From the NCBI GenBank assembly GCA_036785375.1, contig JAWMAR010000079.1, forward strand, positions 930,001 through 994,000: a stretch of DNA of 64,000 nt. The letters run 5' to 3'. A program made the translations under genes and the position numbers. Below, piece by piece: positions 52,625-63,529 of this stretch. Source of the stretch: Leucoraja ocellata (Eukaryota). Below the pieces are notes generated by a model, which had not been told where the DNA came from, searched no databases, and saw nothing but the letters and a program-made list of their open reading frames with translations. How positions within the stretch are numbered: the stretch's first letter is position 1; each line of letters begins with the position of its first letter.

Positions 52625-52749
52625 GGAGGGGGGAGGGGAGGAGGGGGGAGGGGATAGGGGAGGAGGGGGGAGGGGATAGGGGTGGAGGGGAGGAGGGGAG
52701 GAGGGGAGGGGATAGGGGATAGGGGATGAGGGGGAAGGGGAGGAGGGGG
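52625..52749 (+). repeat. G-rich polypurine low-complexity tract
   Basis: Many G3-G7 runs separated by a, ata or t. Confidence 0.95.
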
Positions 52750-54119
52750 TAGTGTGCTGATGAGATTGAGGGGGCTCAGACCCATGGGAGGAGAAGCTGG
52801 ATAACGGTGGAGATGGGGAGGGGTGGGAAGAGCCTGTGTGAAATATACACGTGAGGAAGGACTGAATGGCATGTTTCTGTGCTGTAAATTCTATGTATCT
52901 AATCATCTTTTCCTGTCAAGGTTGGGCTGGTTTTTTCTGGTGCTCCTCTTCCTTTGCAGCTTTCAGAAGGATAACTACCAGCAGGTCTTGATCCTGCCTC
53001 AGTGAGTCAGGCCCCCACCTCATCCCCAGAGCTGGAGATTGTCCACGCTGAGTGTGGTCCCGCTGCAGGGGAGGTGTGAGACAGACTCTATCTGCCTTCG
53101 CCTGCAGCTGTAAGAGATCTTACTGTTGGGCAACCACTCCCAGCCCCAGAACAGATAGTTATCGCCCAAGCATTGCTGACACAGGTTGGCTGGACAATGT
53201 CATGTTTCTGTTGTAAATCCTACCTCACAACTACACTCCAGAATTACTCCAGCTGGTGAAAGATGCAACAGCTCATCTGTTTGCACATCTTCACCAGATA
53301 AATACAACCCTTTGTTTCCACTGTTGGTGATTCACCAGCTGTAACCTGAAGGCATGGATCTGACAGCAGCACCTGGGATTCGTTCCTCTTGATTCTTGGC
53401 AGAACATGCACAGGCTGTTCGAACCTTGCCTCTATGGGCAGAAATCTGACCTGAACGTGCTCTGATCCACCACTCTGATCCACCAGCTCTCCCTAACCCC
53501 ATCAGCACAGCTTCCCTGACCCACCCCTTCACTAAACTACACAGTCAGTTGTGGGGTTTAAACCTTGCCCAGATGAGGCTCTTACCTTGAAGCCTGCACT
53601 CAGGTAGAATGGTGTTACCAACATGTTTAACCTACAGGGGGCGATCTGCAGTGGTCGTGGACAGTGACATCTTGGTCCCTGTTACTACCGAGTCCATGGA
53701 ACCCTTGTGTTGGTAACATTGGGAAGAAGGTACATGAGTTTGAAATCCATGACCTCCAGGTTCACGAACAGCTTCTTTCCAACAACCATCAGGGTCTTGA
53801 ACGCTTCAAACACAAAGTGAACTAAGAACGACAAACTGTCTTGGTTGCACAAGGGACTTTTGGAGTTTGTTTTGCATTAATATTGTTTTTTTTACTTTAT
53901 TCCACTTTGTTTTGTTTATTATGTGATCGATGAGTACTGAGTAATTTGTGTTTACAGACCTGTTATACTGTAGCAAGTGAGAATTTCATTGTTCTGTTTA
54001 TGGTACATATGACAATTAAACACTTTGACTATAGACTCTTGATTATTCTCTCATGGTGGGTGTACACACCATCTGTGCCTAGACCACCTCCAGGATAACA
54101 CCGTCTCTGTTTTCACTGT

Positions 54120-54410
54120 GCAGTGCTCCAACATCACCTCCCAAGCCCGCAGCCTATATCTCCAAGGACAAGAGCAGCAGGCACACAGGAACACCACCGC
54201 CATCAGCTTCCCCTCCACCTCCCGCACTCTCCATATTTCTTCACTCTGGGTCTAAATCCTGCAACTCCTTCCCTGACAGGGCTGTGGGAGTATCTTCACC
54301 ACTTCAAGGAGGCAGATCATCCCCACCTTCTCAAGGCCTGTCGGGAATGGACAATAAACACCGGTCTTACCTGCACTGCCTAGATCCTGAGAAATGAAGA
54401 TTAAAAATCA
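54120..54410 (+). mobile_element. Ancient CR1-type 3' end; reversed relatives at about 10080-10400 and 25500-25800
   Basis: caggaacaccacc...cttcaaggaggcag...ccaccttctcaagg...caataaa tail. Confidence 0.55.
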
Positions 54411-54611
54411 GTCCTGCCCTGTGCCCAGAGGGGTGTGGTAACACTAGCCGCTGGTCAAACTACTGACCGCATCTCAGAGTATTACTGGAGGCGACAGTGT
54501 AACCTTAGTGTAAGGAACAACATCACAGATGGTGAATAAAGAAATAGCTTGCATTTATATAGAACCTTATACATCCACAGGACAAAGCAATAGCATATTT
54601 CTTGTGACAGA

Positions 54612-55095
54612 CTGAGTGTCATACAGCATGGAAACAGGCCCATCGACCCAACTTGCCCACACCAACCAACATGTCCTATCTGCATTAATTTCACCCTGCA
54701 TTTGGCCCATATCCCTCTAACCGTATCCTATCCATGTACCTGTCTAAATGTTCCTTAAATGTTGCAATAGTACCTTGCTCAACTACCTCCTCCAGCAGCT
54801 TGTTCCATACACCCTTTCTGTAAAAACATTACCCTTCTGGTTCCGAATAAATCTTTCCCCTCCTCACCTTAAACCTATGTCCTCTGTTTTTCAATTACCC
54901 TACTCTGGGGTAGAGACTCTGTGCGTTTACTCAATCTATTCCTCTCATGATTTTGTACACTTCTATAAGATCACCCCTCATCTTCTTGCGATCCAAGAAT
55001 AAGAGTCCTAGCCTGCTCAAGCTCTCCCGATGGCTCAGGGCCCTTGGTCCCTGGCAACATCCTCGTAAATCTTCTCTGCACCTTTTCCAGCTTGC
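54612..55095 (-). mobile_element. CR1 3' fragment; related pieces at 24015-24245, 27490-27820, 45858-46150, 60775-60990 (-) and 61320-61720 (+)
   Basis: KLEKVQRRFTRMLPG and KMRGDLIEVYKIMRGID translations; tail shared with the SINEs. Confidence 0.85.
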
Positions 55096-56240
55096 AAGGT
55101 TGTGAGTGCTGTAATGTAAGAACTGCAGAAGATGACTTGTAATACAGCAGATCCCATCCAAAGAAATGTGATAACGAATAGATAATCTGCACGATTGAAG
55201 ATCATAAAAACCGCTGAAAATCTGTGACATAGGAACAGAAAGCGCTGAGAATTCTCCGATGGTCAGCCTGTGTCTGTGGAGAGTAAAACTGTATTCATAT
55301 TTCAGGTTCATGACGTTCCATCAGAACCTGTTGTAATTGGGATAAAGATCGACACCGGGAATCATTCTCCATCTTTAGTCCAAGTCCCAAGGAGTATTTT
55401 CACGTCCTCAGCTTAATGCAACATCTGAAAGGTTCAATCAGAACCGCCCCTCCACTCAGTATTCCCCCTCTGACACTGTAACACTCACTCAGTGCCCAGG
55501 GCATTCTCACACAGCTCTCATGTCTAGACTGTGGTACTCATGAAATCTGGTATTTGCAGCCAGCACTGTGAGCATTCATATTTCTGCAAAACAAATTATT
55601 ATTTTTTGTTTCTTAAAAAATTTCAGGAAAATGTTTTAGTAATTTTCATGAAATCCCTCTCTCTGTTCTTTCACTTATTTGATCACACTCCAGAACGTGA
55701 GAGGAGAAATTTAACTGGATCGGGTTCATTTCCTTGTTGAAACATTTACCAAACGTCAAGCTTTCTTGATGTTGTGCCAGATATTCCTGAAAGCTTCTCC
55801 TGAAGTCGGCACGGTTTCCGTCTCAGGGGCTGATCAGGGAAATGCAGAGGCAGAGCAGATTGCATCGCCATTGCTCAGTAAGCAGGCGGTGCATGTGGAA
55901 AGCCCTCACAAATGGTCCCTTAAGAGCCGTGTCAGTGTGAACACGATCGCTTTTCCAGGAGTGGATGTGTAAAGACTCAAATGTTTGCCTGTGCGGGGCG
56001 TTTTGGGATTGCAAACTTTTCCTTGCTCCCAATACAGCAAACCCTCACAGCCTCCTGCCATTTAAATCCCTCTGCAGCTTCACCCTAGGTATCTCCGTAA
56101 CCCCCTCCAGGTCTCTGTGCTCTTCCACCCCTGTCCTTCTGATTAAGAAGGAACTGCAGATGCTGGAAAATCGAAGGTACACAAAAATGCTGGAGAAACT
56201 CAGCGGGTGCAGCAGCATCTATGGAGCGAAGGAGATAGGC

Positions 56241-56268
56241 AACGTTTCGGGCCGAAACCCTTCTTCAG
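56241..56268 (-). ncRNA. Minimal hammerhead ribozyme motif in an inverted-repeat mini-element (about 56144-56325)
   Basis: Reverse strand CTGAAGA-A-GGGT(TTCG)GCCC-GAAA-CGTT. Confidence 0.65.
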
Positions 56269-59060
56269 ACTGAGCTCCATAGATGCTGCTGCACCCGCTG
56301 AGTTTCTCCAGCATTTTTGTGTACCCTGGCCTTCTGATCATCCCTCAATGTGATAACATCGTCGTTGGCAACCCTGGCCCCAGTTGCTGAGGTCTCAAGC
56401 TCAGAAACTTCCCCTCCACCCCTCACTAACTCTTTTCCACACATTTTGATATTCTTTAAAGCGTGTCACTTTGTACAAACCTCTTGCCACCTGTCCTGGT
56501 GTCTCTGCAGCCAATCTCAGTTTTATCCAAATATCTTCCAGTGAAGTGCATTGAAACATTTTATTAAAATAAGAGTACGAGGCAAATGCGAGATGTTGGC
56601 ATTTTCTCGCAGCAGTAGAGGAATTCAATGGGGGAGGCAAGAATAGAGATTCTGTAACTGGTATTTGATTGCAAAACAAAGAGGCAAAGTGCAAGAGGGT
56701 CTGGCAGCATCTCTGGAGAACATTGATAGGTGTCATTTTGGAACAGGACCCTTGTTAATTTTAAAGATAGACACAATACTCAACGGGTCAGGTAGCATTT
56801 CTGGAGAAAATGGATAGATGACGTTTCAGGTCAGGACCCTTCATGTCACCATATGCTGCCTGACCCGCTGAGTTACTCCAGCATTTTGTGTACATCTTTG
56901 GTATGAACCAGCATCTGCAGTTCCTTTTTATTACCCTTCATCATTTTAATTTGTAAATGCGGTGGCTAAACAGCTAAAGGAGAATTCAGTGAAACTGTGC
57001 CAACAATTTTACAAAAGGATTAAAATTCCACATGTGTGAATCTTTTGAGGACCTTCCAGCAAAAACGTAACATCCATCCACTGGGTCTGTGAGCCAATGA
57101 CTCTAAATCAATGGATTCAACATCAGTAACACTCATTTATACAGTGCCATTGTGGTGGTAAAAACACACAGGCGAGCGCCCACTGAAGGAACCTGTCTCT
57201 GTGGAGTTTGCATGTTCTTCCTCTGATCTTGGGTGCTCCAGTTTCAAAGCCGTTTGATTTGGTGGGTTAATTGTCTACAGGGTTAAGTTGGGTAGTAAAA
57301 TCTGGGAGGCATTGAGGGGCAAGTAGGGGAAATAAAATGGGATTAACGTAGGTAGGAGCTCGATGGTTAGCTTTTTCCACTGGTGAATGACTTGAAGACT
57401 ACAGCTGACCATCAAAGGCACAAGAGCAATAAGAAATGGAAGATGGCCAGTGATAGCCACATCGAAGGAGACAATAAAAATCACTGTTACTAAATCCTGA
57501 GGCACAAAATCAATCTGCGACAATTAGGCTAAAGATTTTGATAAAACAAGTTTAATAAAAGAACTGTAAACATGTAAAAGTTGCCTGAACACTGAACCCA
57601 ACAGCCTGACTTAACATGCAAACTACAGGCAGGTCTCTGGACTACTCCTGGGACACAGCAAGATGGATACAAGATTTCTTGCCTGGCGAGAACTCAAATG
57701 GAACATCGGTGAGGCACGGATGAAGTTGGGAGAGGCTTCATGCTTGTCCTGGTTAAATGAGGGGGACAGAGCTGGATAATGAACTTTGTTCCACTTTATT
57801 TTGCATTTTAGATTTAGCATCAGGTATTTTCAGATTAGGTACAGCTGAGGTCAGAGGGAGAGGCAAATATGTTTCCCACTCTTTCTCCCTCAGGCAGTGC
57901 AGTGGCCCAGGTTCAATCTTGACCTCGGGTGCTGTCTGTTAGGAGTTTGCACGTTCTCGGTGTCACTGCACAGATTCCCCCAGGGTGCCCTGGTTTCCTC
58001 CAACCTGTGCTAGTTGGTTGAGTTGGCCACTGTAAATTGCACCCCCTCGTGCAGTTAGGTTGCAGAAGACTGACGGGAATGTTGGTGGGGATATGTGGGT
58101 GAAGCAGCTGTATACTAGAGGGACAAAAAAATAAGGAGGGAAAGGAATTGAAGAGATTATTCTGCTGCCATGGATTAGACAGCCTCCATTTGTGTTGTTT
58201 GTTAAACTCAAGGCTGGAAAATTTAAGGACGTAATGCACACAAAAGATTTAATGTTGTCTCAGGGAAGTATGCACTAGAGACCCAAATGCCATCAACAGC
58301 TGTTGTTCATGACCCTCGTTGCAATAAGACAGAGTATTTGCTTCTGTGGTAACATACTCCCACAAATACATGACTCAGTTCAGAGATCAGTGTGGCCTGT
58401 GCGCTGCTGCGTTCGGTATAAGTTGTGTAACGCTCCTTAAGTACTAGCACCACAGCTCCGTTTCCGGAATAATGCATGTTATTCAGAATGATACATGCTC
58501 AACTAAAACTTCTTAAAAGTTGAAATAAAATAGGTTTTTATATTTAAAAAAAATTGTTCAAGTATGAAAAGTTTCTGTGCTGTCCGGCAACACCAGGGAT
58601 GGGTTACAGGACACTTGTCAGATATGGAGCCCCAGGACACTCCTTCATTAACTCTCCGTCGCCGCGACACTTTCAGGGGAGGGCTGAGGTTGCGGGATCC
58701 AATGGCGAAGGTGTCATTCTTCAAACGACAAAGCACCAATTTTACTTGAAAGGACAACACGTAACCATAGCAACCACGGGTCTCGGGCCCAGTCCTGCAA
58801 CCCCAACCCTGTAAATCCTGGCAGCAATCAACAGCTGGGGTTGTTGTCCTGTCAAATGGTCGCATAAACAAGAATACTGAAAGAAAGTCTCTCTCATTTA
58901 TATCTATACATAAATATTAAAAAAACTTCAGATTTTCTTACACATCTTTCTTTTTTTTCTCCTGAATTGCTTCTGTGCCTTTCAGTCCCTGTAATACCTT
59001 CTCCCCATAGTTATTTTCTTAAAAAGTCTCTTGCTTTCTGCGTTGCACCCCCTTGGATGC

Positions 59061-59218
59061 TCATCTCCGTGAGATGCGCTCATCACCACGGTCTCTTGGT
59101 CCATGTCGTTGGCACGTTCGGCAACACTGTGCCCGGACGGTGTGAAGGTAACATCGGTCCAACAGCTTCAGGGTCTGGCAGAAGGTGAAGGTCAGCCGAT
59201 CTCGCTCGCAGACGTAGC
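59061..59218 (-). CDS. ADAMTS7: Last coding exon (PLAC domain plus C-terminus) of an ADAMTS7-like metalloprotease; upstream exons appear to lie beyond the window end
   Basis: CERDRLTFTFCQTLKLLDRCYLHTVRAQCCRTC...DERISRR* resembles human ADAMTS7 CERDRLSFGFCETLRLLGRCQLPTIRTQCCRSC...HQRVARR* (recalled) more than ADAMTS12; pyrimidine tract plus cccag| acceptor, CTAAC branch about 30 nt upstream. Confidence 0.85.
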
Positions 59219-59353
59219 CTGGGTGGGGAAGAGTGCGGGTAAAAGTCACCTGTTAGTGAAAAGTAGTCGACTTTCTGTCCCCTCTCCCTCTCTGAATCTC
59301 CCGCTCTGAGGTACAGTTTCATTGATAGCTCCCATGGTTGCTGGCCCATCCAG

Positions 59354-59589
59354 CAAGAGCGGAACTCGCTATCAAAACATGGAGGGGACGGGGGACACAA
59401 TTTTTTTGGCGGCCCCGCGCGCATGCGCACACTCACACACGCGCGAGGCTTCGGAGGCTCAACCCAGCGCTAAAAACGGAGATTTTAAAATCGGGATCCC
59501 AAAAACTTGGGGGGGGGGGATGTCTCCCACCTCTCAAAACAAGGGGGGGACGTGTCCCCCCCTGGCCCCCCCCGGGTTTTCCGCCCCTG
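59354..59589. mobile_element. 236-bp hAT-type MITE with perfect 8-bp TSD
   Basis: TSD CCATCCAG at 59346-59353 and 59590-59597; imperfect TIRs CAAGAGCGGAA / CAGGGGCGGAA; CpG-rich interior. Confidence 0.85.
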
Positions 59590-59597
59590 CCATCCAG

Positions 59598-60410
59598 TGT
59601 TGTGATACTTGGAGAACATTGTTCAAGGTCGGCCCCGGCGTGCCGTGGTCATGCCCGACATCAGGCCCTGGCCTGCCCACCCCGAATCCTGGAGACCGCC
59701 TGTAGAGGGGGGGGGGGGGGGGTCACCGAGCCCAGCTTCTGCTCAACAGGAGGGTGATTAATGGAATACCAGTGGGCGAACCGGCTGTAGGAGGCAGTGC
59801 TGTGCACCTTGATGGTGGATTGGGCCACTGGAGGCCCAGCAGCAGACTGGGGTTTGGCTGGACCGGGCGCCTCTCCAAGAGGCCTAGCACGTGGACTGGA
59901 CACAGCCTGCAGCGGCACAGAGCGGTGGAGGACACCAACGGCCATTCTTGGCTAGACTGACCCTCCAACACTGCCAGGAAAACAGGCCTTCATCATTGTT
60001 AGGTTAAGAACTCTACAACTATAACAACTGAGACTTGAAAATGGCGCCATATCCGGCGACTCTCTATACTGTTTCAGTGTACTATTACTAGAGACCTAAG
60101 ATAGACACAAAAAGCTGTAGTAACTCTGAAGAAGGGTCTCAACCCGAAACGTCACCCATTCCTTCTCTCCAGAGATGCTGCCTGTCCCGCTGAGTTAGTT
60201 CAGCTTTGGTCTATCTTCGGTTTAAACCAGCATCTTAAACCAGTTCCTTCTTACACATATAGACCAACTGTATCTAAGATGCATCTAAGATGGATCTAAG
60301 ATGGATCTAAGTGCTTGTGAATAGTGATACTTTTATGGAACTGCATACAAAAATGAATCTCACTGGACCTCGCTGTGACAAATAAAGTAGAATTGAATAC
60401 CAGTGAATAC
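59598..60410 (+). mobile_element. GC-rich non-autonomous repeat with a Rex/L2-like tail, interrupted by a hammerhead mini-element; related sequence at about 22430-22705
   Basis: Shared tggcgcc..ggcgactct and aatctcactg...gtgacaaataaag motifs. Confidence 0.45.
60126..60153 (+). ncRNA. Minimal hammerhead ribozyme motif within a Penelope-derived repeat (about 60100-60255)
   Basis: CTGAAGA-A-GGGT(CTCA)ACCC-GAAA-CGTC. Confidence 0.7.
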
Positions 60411-62255
60411 CATTGAAGGGTTTTGACAGAGTACAGAACTGTTTCTGCTGATTAGAGGGCTGTTCATGTGCTAATAATCAGTGTATATTCCTGTTCTTAA
60501 AACTCTCCAGGCAACATCTGTTCTCACATCTGCTCTGCCCAAACCAGACAAACGTAAAACTGCATAAAACTTTACAAGTGGATGGAGCATACCTATTATC
60601 CCTTGTGTCCAGCTGAGGCTGAGCAGGTAGCTCTCTTCCTGTGTGTTAACCGCTTCAAGCTAGACACAGGGGTGCAGCAGGTAGTGATGCTTCTTCACAG
60701 TTCCAGTGATCCAGGTTCAATCCTGACCTGCAGTGCTGCCTATGTCTGTCTGCCATAGATTTGTAGAGTTACAGTCAAAGAGTCTTAGGGCATGGAAACA
60801 GGCCCTTCTGCCCAATGTGTCCATGCCAAGCGAGATGCCCATCTAAGCTTGTCCCATTTGCCCGCATTTGGCCCATATCCCTCTAAACCTTTCCTAACCA
60901 TGTTCTTCTCCAATTATCTTTAAAATGTTGCTATCCCTGCCTCAACTACCTCCACCCTCTGAATGAAATACTTACCACTATTAAATCATTCCCCTTTCCT
61001 ACAGCCCAACACGTCCATACTGACCAAGATGCCAACCTGAGCTAATGCCTGCATGTGGCTTGAATCCCTCTACACTCTACAAATCCCTCTACAAATGCTC
61101 TTAAAACATTGTAATTTCATTTACCTCTACAGGTTCCTCTTGTCCCTGACTGTATAAGGAACTACAGTTCCTGTGACTGTATAAATGGATACTGGTTTTC
61201 TCCCACATCCCAAAGAAGTGCGGGTTGTTAGGGCAATCGTATGGATGAGTGCAGTTGCAACTAAAGAACTCGACACCAGAGTGTTGTGGATATTGCCCAG
61301 TCCATCCCACAAACCAGTCTTAGATAGGTTGGTGAAATTTTCTTTGGCGCGTAGAAGTCTGAGGGGTGACCTTAGTGGAGATTGACCTTGTTGAGGTGTA
61401 CAACATCATGAGGGGCATGGATAAAGTGAAGGCTTGTAGTCTTTTTCCCACGATAGAGTATTCTAAAATTAGGGGGGAATAGGCTTATTGTGAGAGGGGA
61501 GATGTTTGAGGGACCTCAGGGGCAAACTTTTGAAAGGGTTGTCCATATTTGGAATAAACCAGCGGATGTTATAGAAGTGGGTACATGTTCGACTGCTAAA
61601 AGACATTTGGACATATATATGGGTAGGGTCATGAGGGATATGGGCCAAATGCAGGCGAATGGGACTAGTCAAGTTAGTCAACATGGACAAAGTTGGCCTG
61701 TTTCCATGTGGGATAGGACTATGGTCGAAAAGTCTCTTCACACACACTCTCCATGAGAGTGGGCCTCATATTTCTCTTGAATTTCTTCCTGGCTCCTTGT
61801 TCACATCTCACCTACTAGTGGACGAACCTTTGCTCCATCCACCCTGTCCAACCTTTCATAATCTCAAATAATTCTCCCAGTTCACCCACCAGTCCTCCCT
61901 TCACCAGAGAGAAGAGCCCCGGCCTGTTCAAAGTAGCACGGGAAGGGGAACAAGATCAAGAGGGTATATTTGTTGTGTGTTCCGGACAGCGTTACATGCC
62001 TTTTTTTGTAAACCAGCATCTGCAGTTCCTTGCATCCATATTGACCAGTCAACTGGACAAACTGATGTGACCAGCAAGGGACTTCTCAGGGATCAATAAG
62101 GATGACTAATGATCACCCAACAAGTACCTTTTATTGGGCACCAAGTACATGGAATCGTTCAGTCAAATACTCTACTCTTGTTGGATGAGAGCAGCTCCAA
62201 CAACTCAAGATACTCACAACAGGACAGGCAGCATCTCTGGAGAGAAGGAATGGGT

Positions 62256-62283
62256 GACATTTCGGGTGGAGACCCTTCTTCAG
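62256..62283 (-). ncRNA. Minimal hammerhead ribozyme motif (palindrome mutated)
   Basis: Reverse strand CTGAAGA-A-GGGT(CTCC)ACCC-GAAA-TGTC. Confidence 0.6.
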
Positions 62284-63214
62284 AGTGTCTTATCGTCGGT
62301 TTAAACCTTGTGTTCCTTCCTACACAACTCAAGATACTCATCATGGCCCAGGACAACACAGCCAGACATTCACACCCTGTCCACTGGTCTAAATGCTCAT
62401 TCCCTCCACCACTAGCTCAGCATTCCTTCAGTGTGAAGCAGCCATAATATATGCTGACTTTGACTGGTGATCTTACATGCAGAAGGACAAGCACAGCCAA
62501 GACATGAAAATGACCCCTAGTCACACACTAACCTGACTTGCAAATGTCATTTATTCATCCAAACTCTGCAACTCGCTGCCCAGCGAGTGGTTCAAATGGC
62601 CATGATTCTCAATTCAACGGGGAACTCCAGTGGAATAAACAAGAGCTCTAACTCAACACAGCAGCAGGACATGCTGCGCACAGCAAACGGCTTGATGATA
62701 GGAAAGGGGTGAGTTCCTGGCCCAGTGTATTGCTCTTTCACACAGAGCTTCAATCCCTTGTCAACAACTCGTTTTTTTGCTCCAGTGAACAGGAATTGTT
62801 GATTGCGTCCTGGCGGCTAAGCTGCAGGAGTGCAACGTTGCTTAGTAGGGGAACAGACAGTGGATTGAGCAAATCAGGTCAAGGTTCAGCAGTTAGTAAA
62901 TCCATGTGGTGCGCTCTGCTGAATTTATAGGTACAACGCTGTTCCTGCTTAAGTGCAGTAATTAATAGGAGAGATGATAATAAACTAGTCAGGACACTGA
63001 AGTACAATGGAAACTGCGCTGCAGACCGATAAAGAGGCAGTGTTATTGATCTGAAACGCAGCAACTCTTTGGGTCCTTTTGTTCTTCCTCAGCAAAATGC
63101 TTTCTTGCTTCACGCTGAGCTATGCATCTTCTTCCACGTTACCCATAGCTCTAGGCAGTTAATTAATCTCAACTCTGGCTCCATTGCAGCATAACAGAGA
63201 TGCAACTCACTTTA

Positions 63215-63529
63215 GGGCAGCATGGTGGCACAGCGGTAGAGTTGCTGCATTACAGCGCCAGAGACCCGGGTACAATCCTCACTACGAGTGTTTGTCTGTA
63301 CAACGTTTGTACTTTCTCCCCGTGACCTGCGTGGGTTTTCTCTCGGATCTCCAGTTAGCTCCCACACTTGTGCAGGTTACTAGGCTAATTGGCTTGGTTA
63401 CAGTGTAAATTGTCCCTACCGTGTGTAGGGTAGTGTTCGTGTGCAGGATTGCTGGTAGGTGCGGACCCGATGGGCCGAAGGGCTTATTTCCGCTCTGTCT
63501 CTCTAAACCATACTAAACTAAACTAAACT
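63215..63529 (+). mobile_element. HE1-like V-SINE; partial copies also at about 23585, 39440, 44580, 46800, 57180, 57890 and 60665
   Basis: Full head, core and (CTAAA)n tail. Confidence 0.9.

Noticed and set aside
52565-52906. Proline-rich ORFs
   Set aside because: Artefact of the G-rich low-complexity tract
56560-56565. Poly(A) signal for ADAMTS7
   Set aside because: It falls in an L2-like tail and several alternative hexamers exist; cannot be chosen without transcript data
35020-58500. DAPK2, SNX1 or other exons between CIAO2A and ADAMTS7, including possible splice signals near 52960-53001 and 55750-55970
   Set aside because: No kinase, PX or other recognisable translation; isolated splice-like words are not enough
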